IMG/VR virus record: IMGVR_UViG_3300045988_112808
Direction: 5' to 3' (one strand)
Origin: a virus
Length of the DNA: 64,000 nucleotides
Below, piece after piece: positions 10,502 through 20,541 of the stretch. The notes under the pieces are model-generated. The model did no database searches. It saw only the letters and a program-made list of their open reading frames with translations, and was not told the DNA's origin. Position numbers and translations under genes: made by a program. Within the stretch, counting starts at the first letter, position 1, and each line of letters opens with the position of its first letter.

Positions 10502-10795
10502 ATGGTCAACGTCGATGGATCCAAGAGGATCTGGAAGCAGCCGGAAATAAAAGATATTTTTGAAAAGTGCGGAGCGAAGAAGCCGGATAAAGCGACATGG
10601 GGCGATGTCCAATATGTCTTTGCAATGTACTATTCGGATGGTTTTCCGAAGGTCTTCAAATGTGAGAACGAGTTGGTGAAAGCTACGTTAATGTATTTGG
10701 ATGATCCGGATGCTCCCGAAGGAGTAGCCTTTATAAGATGGCTTGCCGTGCAAGATTACCTCGGCGAAAAAATAAACTGGAAGGATCTGACCTGA
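10502..10795 (+). CDS. hypothetical protein (97 aa)
   Basis: ORF in same frame as 10151-10408, separated by a single TGA at 10406-10408. Confidence 0.4.
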   Translation: MVNVDGSKRIWKQPEIKDIFEKCGAKKPDKATWGDVQYVFAMYYSDGFPKVFKCENELVKATLMYLDDPDAPEGVAFIRWLAVQDYLGEKINWKDLT

Positions 10796-10957
10796 GATCC
10801 AGACCCAGGTCCTTCCGGTGGTGCGGGAGCCATAGTAAAAAATATGATTCCCGCATTCCCGTTTTTCCCGTTTGGAAAAAAAGAATAAAAATGTTATACC
10901 GGTCGGCGGGCAATAGAATACCCGTGGCCGGTTTGTTTCACATAACTTTTTTTTGAC

Positions 10958-11134
10958 ATGAATATAGCACACGAATCTAAATCGAATAAAACCCCATTGT
11001 ATTTAATAGGAGAGTTGATTGGCGTACCGAATACGGTTATGGACTCAGCATTGCATGAACTGAAAGATAGAATAGACAAAGACCCTAAATATAAAGATGT
11101 TAAAAATTGGCTCGAATCTTTACCCAAGATCTGA
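10958..11134 (+). CDS. small hypothetical protein (~58 aa, below track cutoff)
   Basis: ATG ORF MNIAHESKSNKTPLYLIGELIG...LESLPKI followed 20 nt later by a strong terminator; coordinates approximate. Confidence 0.3.
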   Translation: MNIAHESKSNKTPLYLIGELIGVPNTVMDSALHELKDRIDKDPKYKDVKNWLESLPKI

Positions 11135-11156
11135 ACCTATTTTTCCCAATACCAGG

Positions 11157-11191
11157 CCCGATGCGATTTTAACGTATCGGGTTTTTATTTT
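11157..11191 (+). terminator. rho-independent terminator
   Basis: cccgatgcg-attttaa-cgtatcggg 9-bp stem then tttttatttt. Confidence 0.5.
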
Positions 11192-11261
11192 AATTCATAT
11201 TGTTTTATTTTAAATCTAATTAATTCATAAATGTCGTACATTTGTTGAAAAAGTATTCTAT

Positions 11262-11489
11262 ATGGAAAATAAGGAAGATTACGTTGGTTACGAAGATCAA
11301 GAACTGTGTAACCGGTATTACAAAGAGGCCGAAGCCATGAGGCAAAAGCAGGACTGGTATCGGCTTAGGGCTGTCCCTGCTCCGGCCAAGGGAACGCCAT
11401 CGCCCGGCTGGGGTCAGCTTGGACGTGGAAATGAAGTTCGTGTCAAGTACGTTAGCATCAATTCAGGATTAGGAGGGGACAGATTATGA
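11262..11489 (+). CDS. hypothetical protein (75 aa)
   Basis: ORF in accessory island, 4-nt start/stop overlap with next gene. Confidence 0.4.
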   Translation: MENKEDYVGYEDQELCNRYYKEAEAMRQKQDWYRLRAVPAPAKGTPSPGWGQLGRGNEVRVKYVSINSGLGGDRL

Positions 11490-11701
11490 CCGTAGAAGAA
11501 TTGGCTAATAAAAGATACGGTGGCGAATTTGTTTTTATGCTTGGTCATTTGGAAGGTGTAACAAGATTCGTTTTTGAATGTTTCGATCCCAGACCTGATC
11601 ACGAAGGTAAAAATACTTATATGGTTTCCTATTTTGATAAGCGCATCCGTAGAAGAGATGTAGTAGATGTGCCATGTTATATGAGTGTTTTAGCAAAATA
11701 A
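11486..11701 (+). CDS. hypothetical protein (71 aa)
   Basis: ORF, translationally coupled to upstream gene. Confidence 0.4.
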   Translation: MTVEELANKRYGGEFVFMLGHLEGVTRFVFECFDPRPDHEGKNTYMVSYFDKRIRRRDVVDVPCYMSVLAK

Positions 11702-11721
11702 ATTAAAATATTGTAAATATC

Positions 11722-12243
11722 ATGGTTAGAATCGCATATTTCGGAACCGATGGCTGCCCCGGTCATCACGTTATTCCAATACGAGGTAAATTCACAGAAG
11801 AGGATATTAAGGTAATAGAATCTGTAGATTGTGATGATTTCTATAAGGTGTTTGACGTTATGCGTTTTAAGATAGCTGAGTTTAAAGGATGGACGATATT
11901 GGGAATCCCGGCAAGCTTAGACGATCATAGACCTGGGAGCAAAACCGTTATCTTCATAGAGGGTAAAGCTAACGAAGCTGATTTTATGGAAGTCATACAA
12001 GAGTATTCTTTTCTTAAAAATAAGGTAAAGAAACTTATCGAATTGTATCATGATGGAGAATGGCTTGCGACTGGTAAATTGAATCAAGATCCGCCTACTA
12101 ACAAGGAGCGGTTTCAATTTATGTTAGACAAGGATGATAAACTGGTGGTGGTTCCTGGAACGTGGCATGGTAGGTTCAAGAAAGAATGGCCTACTGAAGA
12201 AGAAAAGAAGCATATTGGTAAAAACGGTATTTTAAATTATTGA
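11722..12243 (+). CDS. hypothetical protein (173 aa)
   Basis: ORF; no motif recognised. Confidence 0.45.
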   Translation: MVRIAYFGTDGCPGHHVIPIRGKFTEEDIKVIESVDCDDFYKVFDVMRFKIAEFKGWTILGIPASLDDHRPGSKTVIFIEGKANEADFMEVIQEYSFLKNKVKKLIELYHDGEWLATGKLNQDPPTNKERFQFMLDKDDKLVVVPGTWHGRFKKEWPTEEEKKHIGKNGILNY

Positions 12244-12246
12244 TTT

Positions 12247-12552
12247 ATGTGTGATAAGGAAATTGTTGTATGCGCAGCTATATGGGTTCAAGATCACAAG
12301 AACAAGCCTCACGGTCCAGTAAACATACCATCCGGAACCGTATTTTGTGGATTGAGACATTGTTCCATAATATCTCAACTTGCGGCATACGGTATAGCCC
12401 ATAAAAACCGCAGTGTTCAAGGATTTTTGACGAGCAAGAACCGGTTTTTAACAAGAGAGGAAGCATCTGAACTTGTTAAGAGCAATAATCAGGAAATGGT
12501 AGTAGATAGGAGTGCTATTAGAGAACAATTGTATTCAGAAGATCTATATTAA
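12247..12552 (+). CDS. hypothetical protein (101 aa)
   Basis: ORF 4 nt after previous stop. Confidence 0.45.
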   Translation: MCDKEIVVCAAIWVQDHKNKPHGPVNIPSGTVFCGLRHCSIISQLAAYGIAHKNRSVQGFLTSKNRFLTREEASELVKSNNQEMVVDRSAIREQLYSEDLY

Positions 12553-12570
12553 CTAAAAAAACAAAACAAC

Positions 12571-12924
12571 ATGGGGTTTAAAATCAAAAAGTCAATCACT
12601 TATGATATGATGGACGACAGTCGGGTAGAGTATGAATTTGATAATACCAATGATTTAAATCATATCATATTTAAAGGTAATTGTAGAGAACCTTTTTCAT
12701 TTAGCAGAGTACTTGTTGAAGAATTAATTAAGACATTTGAAACCATACGGGATAGATACTTTGATAATTATGAACTTAAGGTCTATCTTTACAATTGCAT
12801 AATTCAACTGAGCGTAAATCCAAAGGATCCCAGTGAATCCTTTTTTGGCGTATATGATAGAGATGAGATGAAATTGATATACGGAATAAAGATCAGTATT
12901 CTGAAAGGAATGTTTGGCATATGA
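12571..12924 (+). CDS. hypothetical protein (117 aa)
   Basis: ORF. Confidence 0.45.
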   Translation: MGFKIKKSITYDMMDDSRVEYEFDNTNDLNHIIFKGNCREPFSFSRVLVEELIKTFETIRDRYFDNYELKVYLYNCIIQLSVNPKDPSESFFGVYDRDEMKLIYGIKISILKGMFGI

Positions 12925-13238
12925 TGACTAAACAAGATATACAAGCAGCGGCATCGTATATTTTCCGAAGCAGTTTTGTCTCGGAGGACCAGGCAAGGAA
13001 AGCAATGGTAAGAGCCGGCAATAACGCTACCAAGATCCTCGTCAAGACCTTTAGAGGCAAGTTGTTCAAGAAAGCTTTTGAAAGAGCCCGTAGAGGAAAG
13101 GATATCAGTTCTTTTGAAAAACAGGAAAAAGAAAGTGGTTTCAATTTTCTACATAATCCTAATAATGGTCGTATGCAAAGCGGTCATATTATAATAGATG
13201 GAATTGGTCTGTTTAAACAAATAATTCATGAAAGGTAA
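12921..13238 (+). CDS. hypothetical basic protein (105 aa)
   Basis: ORF overlapping previous stop by 4 nt; Lys/Arg-rich. Confidence 0.4.
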   Translation: MMTKQDIQAAASYIFRSSFVSEDQARKAMVRAGNNATKILVKTFRGKLFKKAFERARRGKDISSFEKQEKESGFNFLHNPNNGRMQSGHIIIDGIGLFKQIIHER

Positions 13239-13401
13239 AAAAGTTGATATTCGTTTAGGCAGAGGTCTGGCGAATCAGATTAAGATAAACAAAACCATCC
13301 CAGTGTCTCATAAACCAAAAGAAGAACGTCGAATGATGTTTATTTGTGGTGATGATATTGCTTCTCTTATAAAGCGGTTTGAAAACGAATCAAAGTAATA
13401 T
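13228..13401 (+). CDS. small hypothetical protein (~57 aa)
   Basis: ATG ORF MKGKKVDIRLGRGLANQIKINK...IKRFENESK overlapping stop of 12921-13238; coordinates approximate. Confidence 0.25.
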
Positions 13402-13411
13402 AAAGTAGGAC

Positions 13412-13771
13412 ATGTATCTTGTCCGATTTTTTTTATATATTTGTGGCATGTCAAGAGGTTATTATTGGATACCACAAACAGATGAAACGTTAAATGGCAG
13501 AAGCTATTACGTGGCTAAGATAGTAGGAGATATCACGTTTGATACTAAACGAAAAAGAATCGTATTTCAAGCTGATAGGTATTTCCCTGTAGGATCTGTT
13601 TTCCATTTTACGCACAATTGCTTCAACTATATCATAACTTGCCGACTTCGCAAGCCGGGGCTTTGGTTTGAAGCCAGGAGAGAGGATTCAGGCCCTATTT
13701 GCCCTGAAGATATTGAGCGCTTTGAATCGGGAAGGTTTATACACCGAGATGGGTACATGCATTACATATAA
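13412..13771 (+). CDS. hypothetical protein (119 aa)
   Basis: ORF; real start may be the internal Met (MSRGYYWIP). Confidence 0.35.
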   Translation: MYLVRFFLYICGMSRGYYWIPQTDETLNGRSYYVAKIVGDITFDTKRKRIVFQADRYFPVGSVFHFTHNCFNYIITCRLRKPGLWFEARREDSGPICPEDIERFESGRFIHRDGYMHYI

Positions 13772-13823
13772 GCTGAACTTGACGATTTTTCGTAAGATTA
13801 TAATTTTTTTTCATATTATTTTT

Positions 13824-13861
13824 AAGCCATCAGACTGAGAAGTTAGGTGGCTTTATTTTTT
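13824..13861 (+). terminator. rho-independent terminator-like hairpin closing the small-gene island
   Basis: aagccatc-(14 nt loop)-ggtggctt then tatttttt. Confidence 0.4.
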
Positions 13862-13913
13862 ATGATATGCTTGATTTTTAACTACCTTTGTCTCATAACA
13901 AAAATGTTTTACT

Positions 13914-16900
13914 ATGACATCAGCGTGTATTATTAAAAGAGATAATAAAAAGAAAGTTGTTTCTGTCTCTACCATATCAGGGGACAGGTCTATGTTATTT
14001 GATAAAATAGCATCTATTCCTCTTATGGAGAACAGGGAACGGGCCACTACTGTTTTTAAAACCGTATTTTCTAATAAGTTCTTAAAGGCTTTTGGCGACT
14101 GGAGAAAGAGAGTGCCTATCAACAAACCGGCTTATAATAAGGTAAAATCCAACATCGATCTTATTCCGGAAGCCTATAGAGAAAGGGTGTTGGATAAGGC
14201 TTCTAAGATGAGTAATCCTGTTCTTGTGTCAAAATCAGATGTACCTTATGAAATCCAAGAATCGGGCTTTGGATTCTACAGCCAAAATCTGGGTGATAAT
14301 ATTATGTTGGTGGATGCTATGGTCCCGTCAAGTATTTCCGTACCGGAAGGACCGGGAATAGACGCCGGGCAGTATCTACAAGATGCTATATCTTCGGACT
14401 TCACTCCCGTATCTATGGTACAGGATAAGGGTGTTAATTATATGGTTATAAAAGATGGTCTTAAGATATTTAGCCCAGAGGAGTTACCAGAAACAGATTC
14501 TAATCCTGTGGGTGTAACGTATCAGACCGGAGAGCCTCGTTTGTTTTTCATGAACGATCGTAGTCAATTATTTGAAGATTACGGAGAAGCTCTTCGCTCT
14601 GGCGGGAATGATATTAGAATAGGGTTCTTATCAGGCACCGTTCAAGAATCTACCGTGGATGGCGTGGAAGACATTACTTACAAAGCTGGAAAGTATGTTC
14701 TTAATAATCCCAAGTCTTTTATACCGGTCATGACCGCGTCTGCTTCTACTTCTTTATCAACAAAAGGTGGTATAATTAACTACCTTATAAAGAAAGGTCT
14801 TTTGTCCGGATCTAAGATATTCGATCCTGAAACAAGAAGCTATTATCTTACAGGAGAAGGACATACAGGACAAATTAGACTTTTCAATTCAGCCTTATCC
14901 TACACCGAGCTCCGTAATCATTTTGGTTCCGATGTTTCCATGAACGACCAAGGTATGATAACCATAAGCTCGTTGGATAATAGTAAGGTAACTATGAGGC
15001 TCGCCACCGGAGGAACGGAAAGGGTTAGCAAAGAGCAGATAAAGAACGATCTTAAGTCAGGAAGATACAATGAATTGGACGCCAAGTACGATCATTTTGA
15101 TGCGCTTGTAGTTTCATTCATATTAGAAGACAACGATCTTTATGCTGATACTAAAGCTAAGATCGTATCAGATTATAGCAGGCAGGAACGTGATCAACGA
15201 AATTCTATTGTCGAGATACTGAAAACTCTTGGCGTTAGTGTCATAGGTATGACCGACTATATAGAGAAGTACCAAACCAAATACGGGCATGAACCTTCTG
15301 CTAAGGCATTGGCGGATATTGCCAATAACGTAATAGCAGTTGGTGAAGATGCTACTTTATCTGATTTAGTAGAAGAAACAGCCCACTTCCTTGTAGAGGC
15401 ATACAGAGATCAGAATGCCGTTGAGGCTGTTCTGCAAGATGTAGAAGGTACGGAAGAGTGGAACCAGTATGCAGGTCAGTATTATAATACATACGGTAAG
15501 GTATATGAAGGAGCTGAGCTTGATAATGCTGTTAGGAGAGAAATTCTTGGAAAGATCCTCGCCATGGAGATGCAGACCGGCACAGCACAGGCGCCGGTAG
15601 AGCCCACCTCCTTCCTGGGGCGCGTCCGGCAGCTTCTCTCTGGAATCGTAAGCTGGCTTAAATCAGCTTTATCAACCCAAAGACAAGATTTGAATAACGT
15701 TATTAAAAACATTCGTGATCTTGCCATTACTGACATAGATAAAGGATTTGACACTTCTCTGTTAAAGGATAATGACTTTACATTATACTCCCTTTCTTCT
15801 ATGAACAAGAACAAGTTTCTTGAGTCTAAGATCAGATCACTAAGAAAAACATTAAGAGACTTACGTCAGATAAGCTCTGATAGGGCTGTAACTACGTCTA
15901 TGACCCTTGCTCAGCTTAAGACCATAGAAGATAAGATAAATAAGGTAGAGACCGAAATAGACAAGAATGAGATGGCGGCTGCCATGAACAGCATGATCTC
16001 CACAGCCGAAGCTCAGGTTAGATACTTAAGTAATGTGGTGAACACCATCCTTCATGGTGATACCAAAGACGGTAAGCTTCACTTCAATACCAATGATCGA
16101 AAGAACGTAGATATTATCAACAATCAGGTTCTTCCGATCATGAACGATCTTCGAGGATATATCCGTAACAGAAGTACCGAATTTGATGAACGTGAAAAGC
16201 AGGATTATACAAATAGGATCAATACCGTCATTGCCGACATCAATGGTATTCAGTCTGATATTAAATCAGTACAAGACCTTGATGAAAGTACGTTGCTTGA
16301 TAAGTTAATGAACGAACTTCATGTGCCGGCAGATAAGGTAAAGAGAGTAAAAGAATTTTTTGACAAGGTTCAACACGATGTTTCTTGGATAAGTAGGTGG
16401 TTTGGTATATTAGAGCATTCTTCCAGCCCGTTCAATAACGCTCTTGGAGCTATGATTGCCAAAGACAATTACAATGCGATGGTGAATGCCCAGCCCGCCA
16501 TATCCGACTTCCTGGCATATGCTAAAAAGCATGGTTTTAACAAATCTGAATTTGAAAAACTGCTTCAGAAAGTAGACGGCAAAACTTCCAATTACCTTCG
16601 TAGTGCTCTTGATATGGCTAAATACGATCGTAATAAGAAGCTGGCGCAGATGCGAGCGTTTGCGACTGCCATGAACATAGAGATATCAGAAGAAGAAATT
16701 GGTGATGTGGTTGACAATAACCGTAATTACGTATTTAAAAGAGAAGTAGTTGACAAGGACGGAAATACGGTTACTGAAAACGCTAAATTTAAACCATCGT
16801 CCGATAGGGTTAATACCGATATTTTTACCATCGAGCAGGAAAAGATCTATACGGAGCAGATGGAAAAGTGGGATGCTGAAAATTCAGAATTGGAATTTAG

Positions 16901-19900
16901 TGAAAGTTATGCCACAAGAATGGAATCCATATACAAAAAGGCTGAAGAAGAATTAGGACATCCGGTTTCTCAAACAACCAAAGAATACCTTAATGCCTTA
17001 TCCCGGCAAAAACGGATATTGAGGCAGCCTTTTATTGATAGCGGTGGTAATTTTGATGAGGTTGCCTACTATAAGAGTAGTAACTACGAAGAAGAAGGAC
17101 TGCTTCGTAAACAACGTAAGGAGGCAGCTTCGGAATACATATATGTAGGAACCAGGAGAGTGGAAAAAACCGGCGACCAACTTAAGATGGCCAAAGAAAT
17201 ACAAGCCATAAATGAAGTTTGGAGAAAAGAATCAAATAATGCCACTAATGCCGTATCAGAATCGTTTTTGCAAAAATTAAGAACGATTCAGAGCGAGTCT
17301 GGAGGAGAAGCTGCGCTGAAGACGCTTATGTTGGGGGGTCACCTGTCATTCAACGATCGGTTTTGGAATGACGTAGAATCGGAACAGTCGGCGCGTACCG
17401 AATCAAATAACAAGGCTTCGTATCTTAAAATGGCGCATGATATCATTAGTTCTACGACAAGTGATAGAGATGCGACTGACGTGGACTCGATTGTAAAAGA
17501 TATAGAAAAAAATAAGGCCATTATCAAGGAAATAATCGGAAACAATCGCGATGTGGCTGATATCGGAGAAATCAATGAAGCGACATTTACCTCATCTGAA
17601 AGAGATGCTTTTAGGGCCGCATCTGAAGCTATTGAAGCCGATTACGCTATTTTGATAGATTATGCTAAGATGGTGGGTCTTGAAGATATTGATAAGTACC
17701 TTACTAAAAGCAGTAAGGCTGAAAACGAAGTAAATCAGTCTTATTTAAGTGCTCTTGCTGACTCTAAGGAAATTGAATGGCAGTTTGCACAGCGTCATAC
17801 TACTGCCAAAAAAGCCAAAAGGATTCAGGCTCTTAGAGATAAGTTATTCATGGCTCAAGATAACAGGTATATGTTTACCGTCTCTGAAACCAACTACTTG
17901 TCAGAAAAATTGGGAATAGATAAAAAGCTAGATCGTAGAGATTTTAGGAATGCGGTTAGAGCTAAGATGTCTGACATATTTGGACACGATAACGGAGTAG
18001 CTGAAGTGAACGATATCGTTAATGAATTTGCCAGGAGCCAGGTCTTTTCGTACTATAAACGCATGGCGCCTACCGGATATGCGGCTATGATCGACAAAAT
18101 CGGTCGAGGTGAGATAGATGTGGCGCAGATGGTTAAGGACGTACAAAACGGTACATCCACCCAAGATTATGGCATGGACATATCGTACCTGTCTTTCGAT
18201 CCTGCAAGGGCATGGGTGGCTGAATCTGAAGCCGAAAATAGCGGCCGTAATCCTGATTATGTAAAAGATCATGGGTATGGTCATCGCATGCCTAAGAAAA
18301 GCCTGTATCGTGATGAATCATATTTCAACGACTTCGGCATTAAGTATGATGCTGATGGTAATGAGGTTGCTACTAAAAACATAGAGCAGTGGAATATGAT
18401 TCAAAAACTCAAGGAAATAAAAAGACAATCCCTTGATCTATACAAAGAGCAGAGCCCGAACCTGTATGCTATTCCACAGATATCCAAACAAGATATAGAA
18501 CGTATAGAAGGGTTAGGTATCAGCCTTAAAAGTACGGTCAGGAACTTCGTATCCGACTTATGTCTTGACCGCGTAGATGACTCCCTGTATGGTAAAACAC
18601 GTCAGGGTGAGGTATATGATCCGGAAGATAGGGTTCGGTCCATACCTAAATACTACATATATGAATTAGAGAACCAAGATGATGTATCTCACGATTTTGG
18701 CTACTCTTATTCGATGCTTATGATGCAGTCATCGTTATATAACGAAAAGCAGAAGTCTATAGAGCTTGCCCAAGGACTGGAGCAGATGTTACTGAATAAA
18801 CAATTTGAGGGTGGTAAGAAGGCTGAAGCAACCCAAGCATATCAGATGTTCAGGGACTTCTTCAACGATCATTATTATGGCATTAGGATGAACACCAAAA
18901 AACTTACGGTGAACATCGGAGGATATACGGTAGACCTTACAAGAATTATGATGGCTGTTGAAAGGTTTATGTCGGTCATGAACTTGGCACTGTCTCCGTT
19001 TGTGGCAGCTACCGGCGCCCTTACCGGCCATATCAACCTCATCATGGAATCTGCCGTAGGACAGTATATAAGCAAAGACTCCCTTAAATACGCATCGGCT
19101 GAGTTTTCACGTCTTGCGCCATCTTGTATAGCAGAAACCGGAGACATAGATAGGAAAAGCAAATTATATGTCATAGGTGAGAGAATGGGGATATTCAATA
19201 TCCGAAATCGTATGTATGGTGCCGGATACAATAGAGCGGCCAGGACCTTAATGCGTTCGCCTATGTATGCTTTTATGGAAATCCTGAACTACCCTCTTGA
19301 TCCGCAGGTTATGATTGCTACTATGGACAATGTTCGTTATTACAAAGGCCGGTTCTACACGTTCCAAGATTTCAAGATGGAAAAAGAACGTAATAAAGAA
19401 CAGAGTACCATAAAAAGAGAATGGAATGCATTAAAAGATCGTACTTTATGGAGTATGGTAGACGTCGTGGATGGGAAGGTGGTTGTAAAGCCAGGATCGG
19501 GTGTTACTGTTGAGGAAGTTGAAACCCAGATGGCTATAACCAGAAATCAAGTTCGTAGCTTGTCGCAGATATGTAACGGATCTTTGAATGAAGAAAACCG
19601 AACTGCCGCATCGCGCAACTGGATAGCCAGGTTCATGACCGCCCACCGAGGATGGTTGGTGCTGGCGGCTCAACGTCTGTGGAAAAGACGTGGCTTCAAT
19701 TTCCAGACAATGCAAGAAGAGGAAGGACTGTCAATTACGTTAAAGAATATGATAGCCAAAACATTTAGCTTAGCTTCCGAGTCTGGTATGAAAAACATCA
19801 TAGATGCCTGGAACGAAAATAAAGACAATATGAATGAGGTAGAGAAAACCAATATAAAACGTCTCAGTGTCTATGCCGGCACGTTCCTTATCATGCAAGC

Positions 19901-20327
19901 CGTATCCATGCTTCTTGCCGGATGGCGTGATGATGATGAAAACGAAGAAAGTTGGCTTACTCAATTTGGATCCTATGTCGGATTCAGAACCATAAACGAA
20001 ATAGCTTCACAGATGCCGTTTATTATGGAGCTTAACGTTGTAGATATCATTAACGACCCGTTTGTCATGGGGCGGAAGTTGAAGGATCTTACTGATCTTA
20101 GGAATTACTCACTTGATAAAGTAACATCCGGCACATACAAAGGAGAGTTTAAGTTATTTAGGCAACTCGCCAAACAGACGTTTATCAAACAATGGTATAA
20201 TATCAAGACGCCGGAAGACGTAGCGCGCGCCTATAATTGGTGGCAGCAGACAAACAACAAGTCAATGATGTTCTTCATCGGCGCTACTCCTGATTCGGAA
20301 GGAGACGATGACGTTAGTTACAAATAG
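13914..20327 (+). CDS. giant virion-associated protein (2137 aa), function unknown
   Basis: Uninterrupted 6.4 kb ORF; coiled-coil-rich; C-terminal hydrophobic stretch (LALSPFVAATGALTGHINLIM); no DxDGD-type polymerase motif found by eye. Confidence 0.5.
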   Translation: MTSACIIKRDNKKKVVSVSTISGDRSMLFDKIASIPLMENRERATTVFKTVFSNKFLKAFGDWRKRVPINKPAYNKVKSNIDLIPEAYRERVLDKASKMSNPVLVSKSDVPYEIQESGFGFYSQNLGDNIMLVDAMVPSSISVPEGPGIDAGQYLQDAISSDFTPVSMVQDKGVNYMVIKDGLKIFSPEELPETDSNPVGVTYQTGEPRLFFMNDRSQLFEDYGEALRSGGNDIRIGFLSGTVQESTVDGVEDITYKAGKYVLNNPKSFIPVMTASASTSLSTKGGIINYLIKKGLLSGSKIFDPETRSYYLTGEGHTGQIRLFNSALSYTELRNHFGSDVSMNDQGMITISSLDNSKVTMRLATGGTERVSKEQIKNDLKSGRYNELDAKYDHFDALVVSFILEDNDLYADTKAKIVSDYSRQERDQRNSIVEILKTLGVSVIGMTDYIEKYQTKYGHEPSAKALADIANNVIAVGEDATLSDLVEETAHFLVEAYRDQNAVEAVLQDVEGTEEWNQYAGQYYNTYGKVYEGAELDNAVRREILGKILAMEMQTGTAQAPVEPTSFLGRVRQLLSGIVSWLKSALSTQRQDLNNVIKNIRDLAITDIDKGFDTSLLKDNDFTLYSLSSMNKNKFLESKIRSLRKTLRDLRQISSDRAVTTSMTLAQLKTIEDKINKVETEIDKNEMAAAMNSMISTAEAQVRYLSNVVNTILHGDTKDGKLHFNTNDRKNVDIINNQVLPIMNDLRGYIRNRSTEFDEREKQDYTNRINTVIADINGIQSDIKSVQDLDESTLLDKLMNELHVPADKVKRVKEFFDKVQHDVSWISRWFGILEHSSSPFNNALGAMIAKDNYNAMVNAQPAISDFLAYAKKHGFNKSEFEKLLQKVDGKTSNYLRSALDMAKYDRNKKLAQMRAFATAMNIEISEEEIGDVVDNNRNYVFKREVVDKDGNTVTENAKFKPSSDRVNTDIFTIEQEKIYTEQMEKWDAENSELEFSESYATRMESIYKKAEEELGHPVSQTTKEYLNALSRQKRILRQPFIDSGGNFDEVAYYKSSNYEEEGLLRKQRKEAASEYIYVGTRRVEKTGDQLKMAKEIQAINEVWRKESNNATNAVSESFLQKLRTIQSESGGEAALKTLMLGGHLSFNDRFWNDVESEQSARTESNNKASYLKMAHDIISSTTSDRDATDVDSIVKDIEKNKAIIKEIIGNNRDVADIGEINEATFTSSERDAFRAASEAIEADYAILIDYAKMVGLEDIDKYLTKSSKAENEVNQSYLSALADSKEIEWQFAQRHTTAKKAKRIQALRDKLFMAQDNRYMFTVSETNYLSEKLGIDKKLDRRDFRNAVRAKMSDIFGHDNGVAEVNDIVNEFARSQVFSYYKRMAPTGYAAMIDKIGRGEIDVAQMVKDVQNGTSTQDYGMDISYLSFDPARAWVAESEAENSGRNPDYVKDHGYGHRMPKKSLYRDESYFNDFGIKYDADGNEVATKNIEQWNMIQKLKEIKRQSLDLYKEQSPNLYAIPQISKQDIERIEGLGISLKSTVRNFVSDLCLDRVDDSLYGKTRQGEVYDPEDRVRSIPKYYIYELENQDDVSHDFGYSYSMLMMQSSLYNEKQKSIELAQGLEQMLLNKQFEGGKKAEATQAYQMFRDFFNDHYYGIRMNTKKLTVNIGGYTVDLTRIMMAVERFMSVMNLALSPFVAATGALTGHINLIMESAVGQYISKDSLKYASAEFSRLAPSCIAETGDIDRKSKLYVIGERMGIFNIRNRMYGAGYNRAARTLMRSPMYAFMEILNYPLDPQVMIATMDNVRYYKGRFYTFQDFKMEKERNKEQSTIKREWNALKDRTLWSMVDVVDGKVVVKPGSGVTVEEVETQMAITRNQVRSLSQICNGSLNEENRTAASRNWIARFMTAHRGWLVLAAQRLWKRRGFNFQTMQEEEGLSITLKNMIAKTFSLASESGMKNIIDAWNENKDNMNEVEKTNIKRLSVYAGTFLIMQAVSMLLAGWRDDDENEESWLTQFGSYVGFRTINEIASQMPFIMELNVVDIINDPFVMGRKLKDLTDLRNYSLDKVTSGTYKGEFKLFRQLAKQTFIKQWYNIKTPEDVARAYNWWQQTNNKSMMFFIGATPDSEGDDDVSYK

Positions 20328-20464
20328 ACGAAGAATATCGGACTTGCATTGTTTTTGTATGATTCCAATATGTTATATTAGCATCGTCAAAGAGTAGATT
20401 GTACGTTTTTTTGTTCTTACTTGAAAGATTATGTAGGTTTAATTTTTTCTGAAATTGTTTTCTT

Positions 20465-20505
20465 ACCGGTTCTCAGTCAGAGATGATAGAGAACCGGTTT
20501 CTTTT
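20465..20505 (+). terminator. rho-independent terminator after giant ORF 2
   Basis: accggttctc-(14 nt)-gagaaccggt perfect 10-bp stem then ttctttt; lies inside the 5' end of track ORF 20455-21159, arguing the real start is downstream. Confidence 0.5.
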
Positions 20506-20541
20506 ATGTTGTCAATTATTGCTATCTTGCAAACAAAAATC

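Noticed and set aside
10088-10612. 174-aa - strand ORF overlapping the Bro-N / ER-rich region
   Set aside because: Antisense to a coding, low-complexity repeat region. Its length is a side effect of GAA/CGN repeats lacking stops on the other strand.
12-20327. Calling either giant ORF the virion RNA polymerase
   Set aside because: I searched both translations for a DxDGD / NADFDGD-type DPBB metal-binding motif and found only weak candidates (QDFDDY, YDADGNE), so I left them as unknown-function virion proteins.
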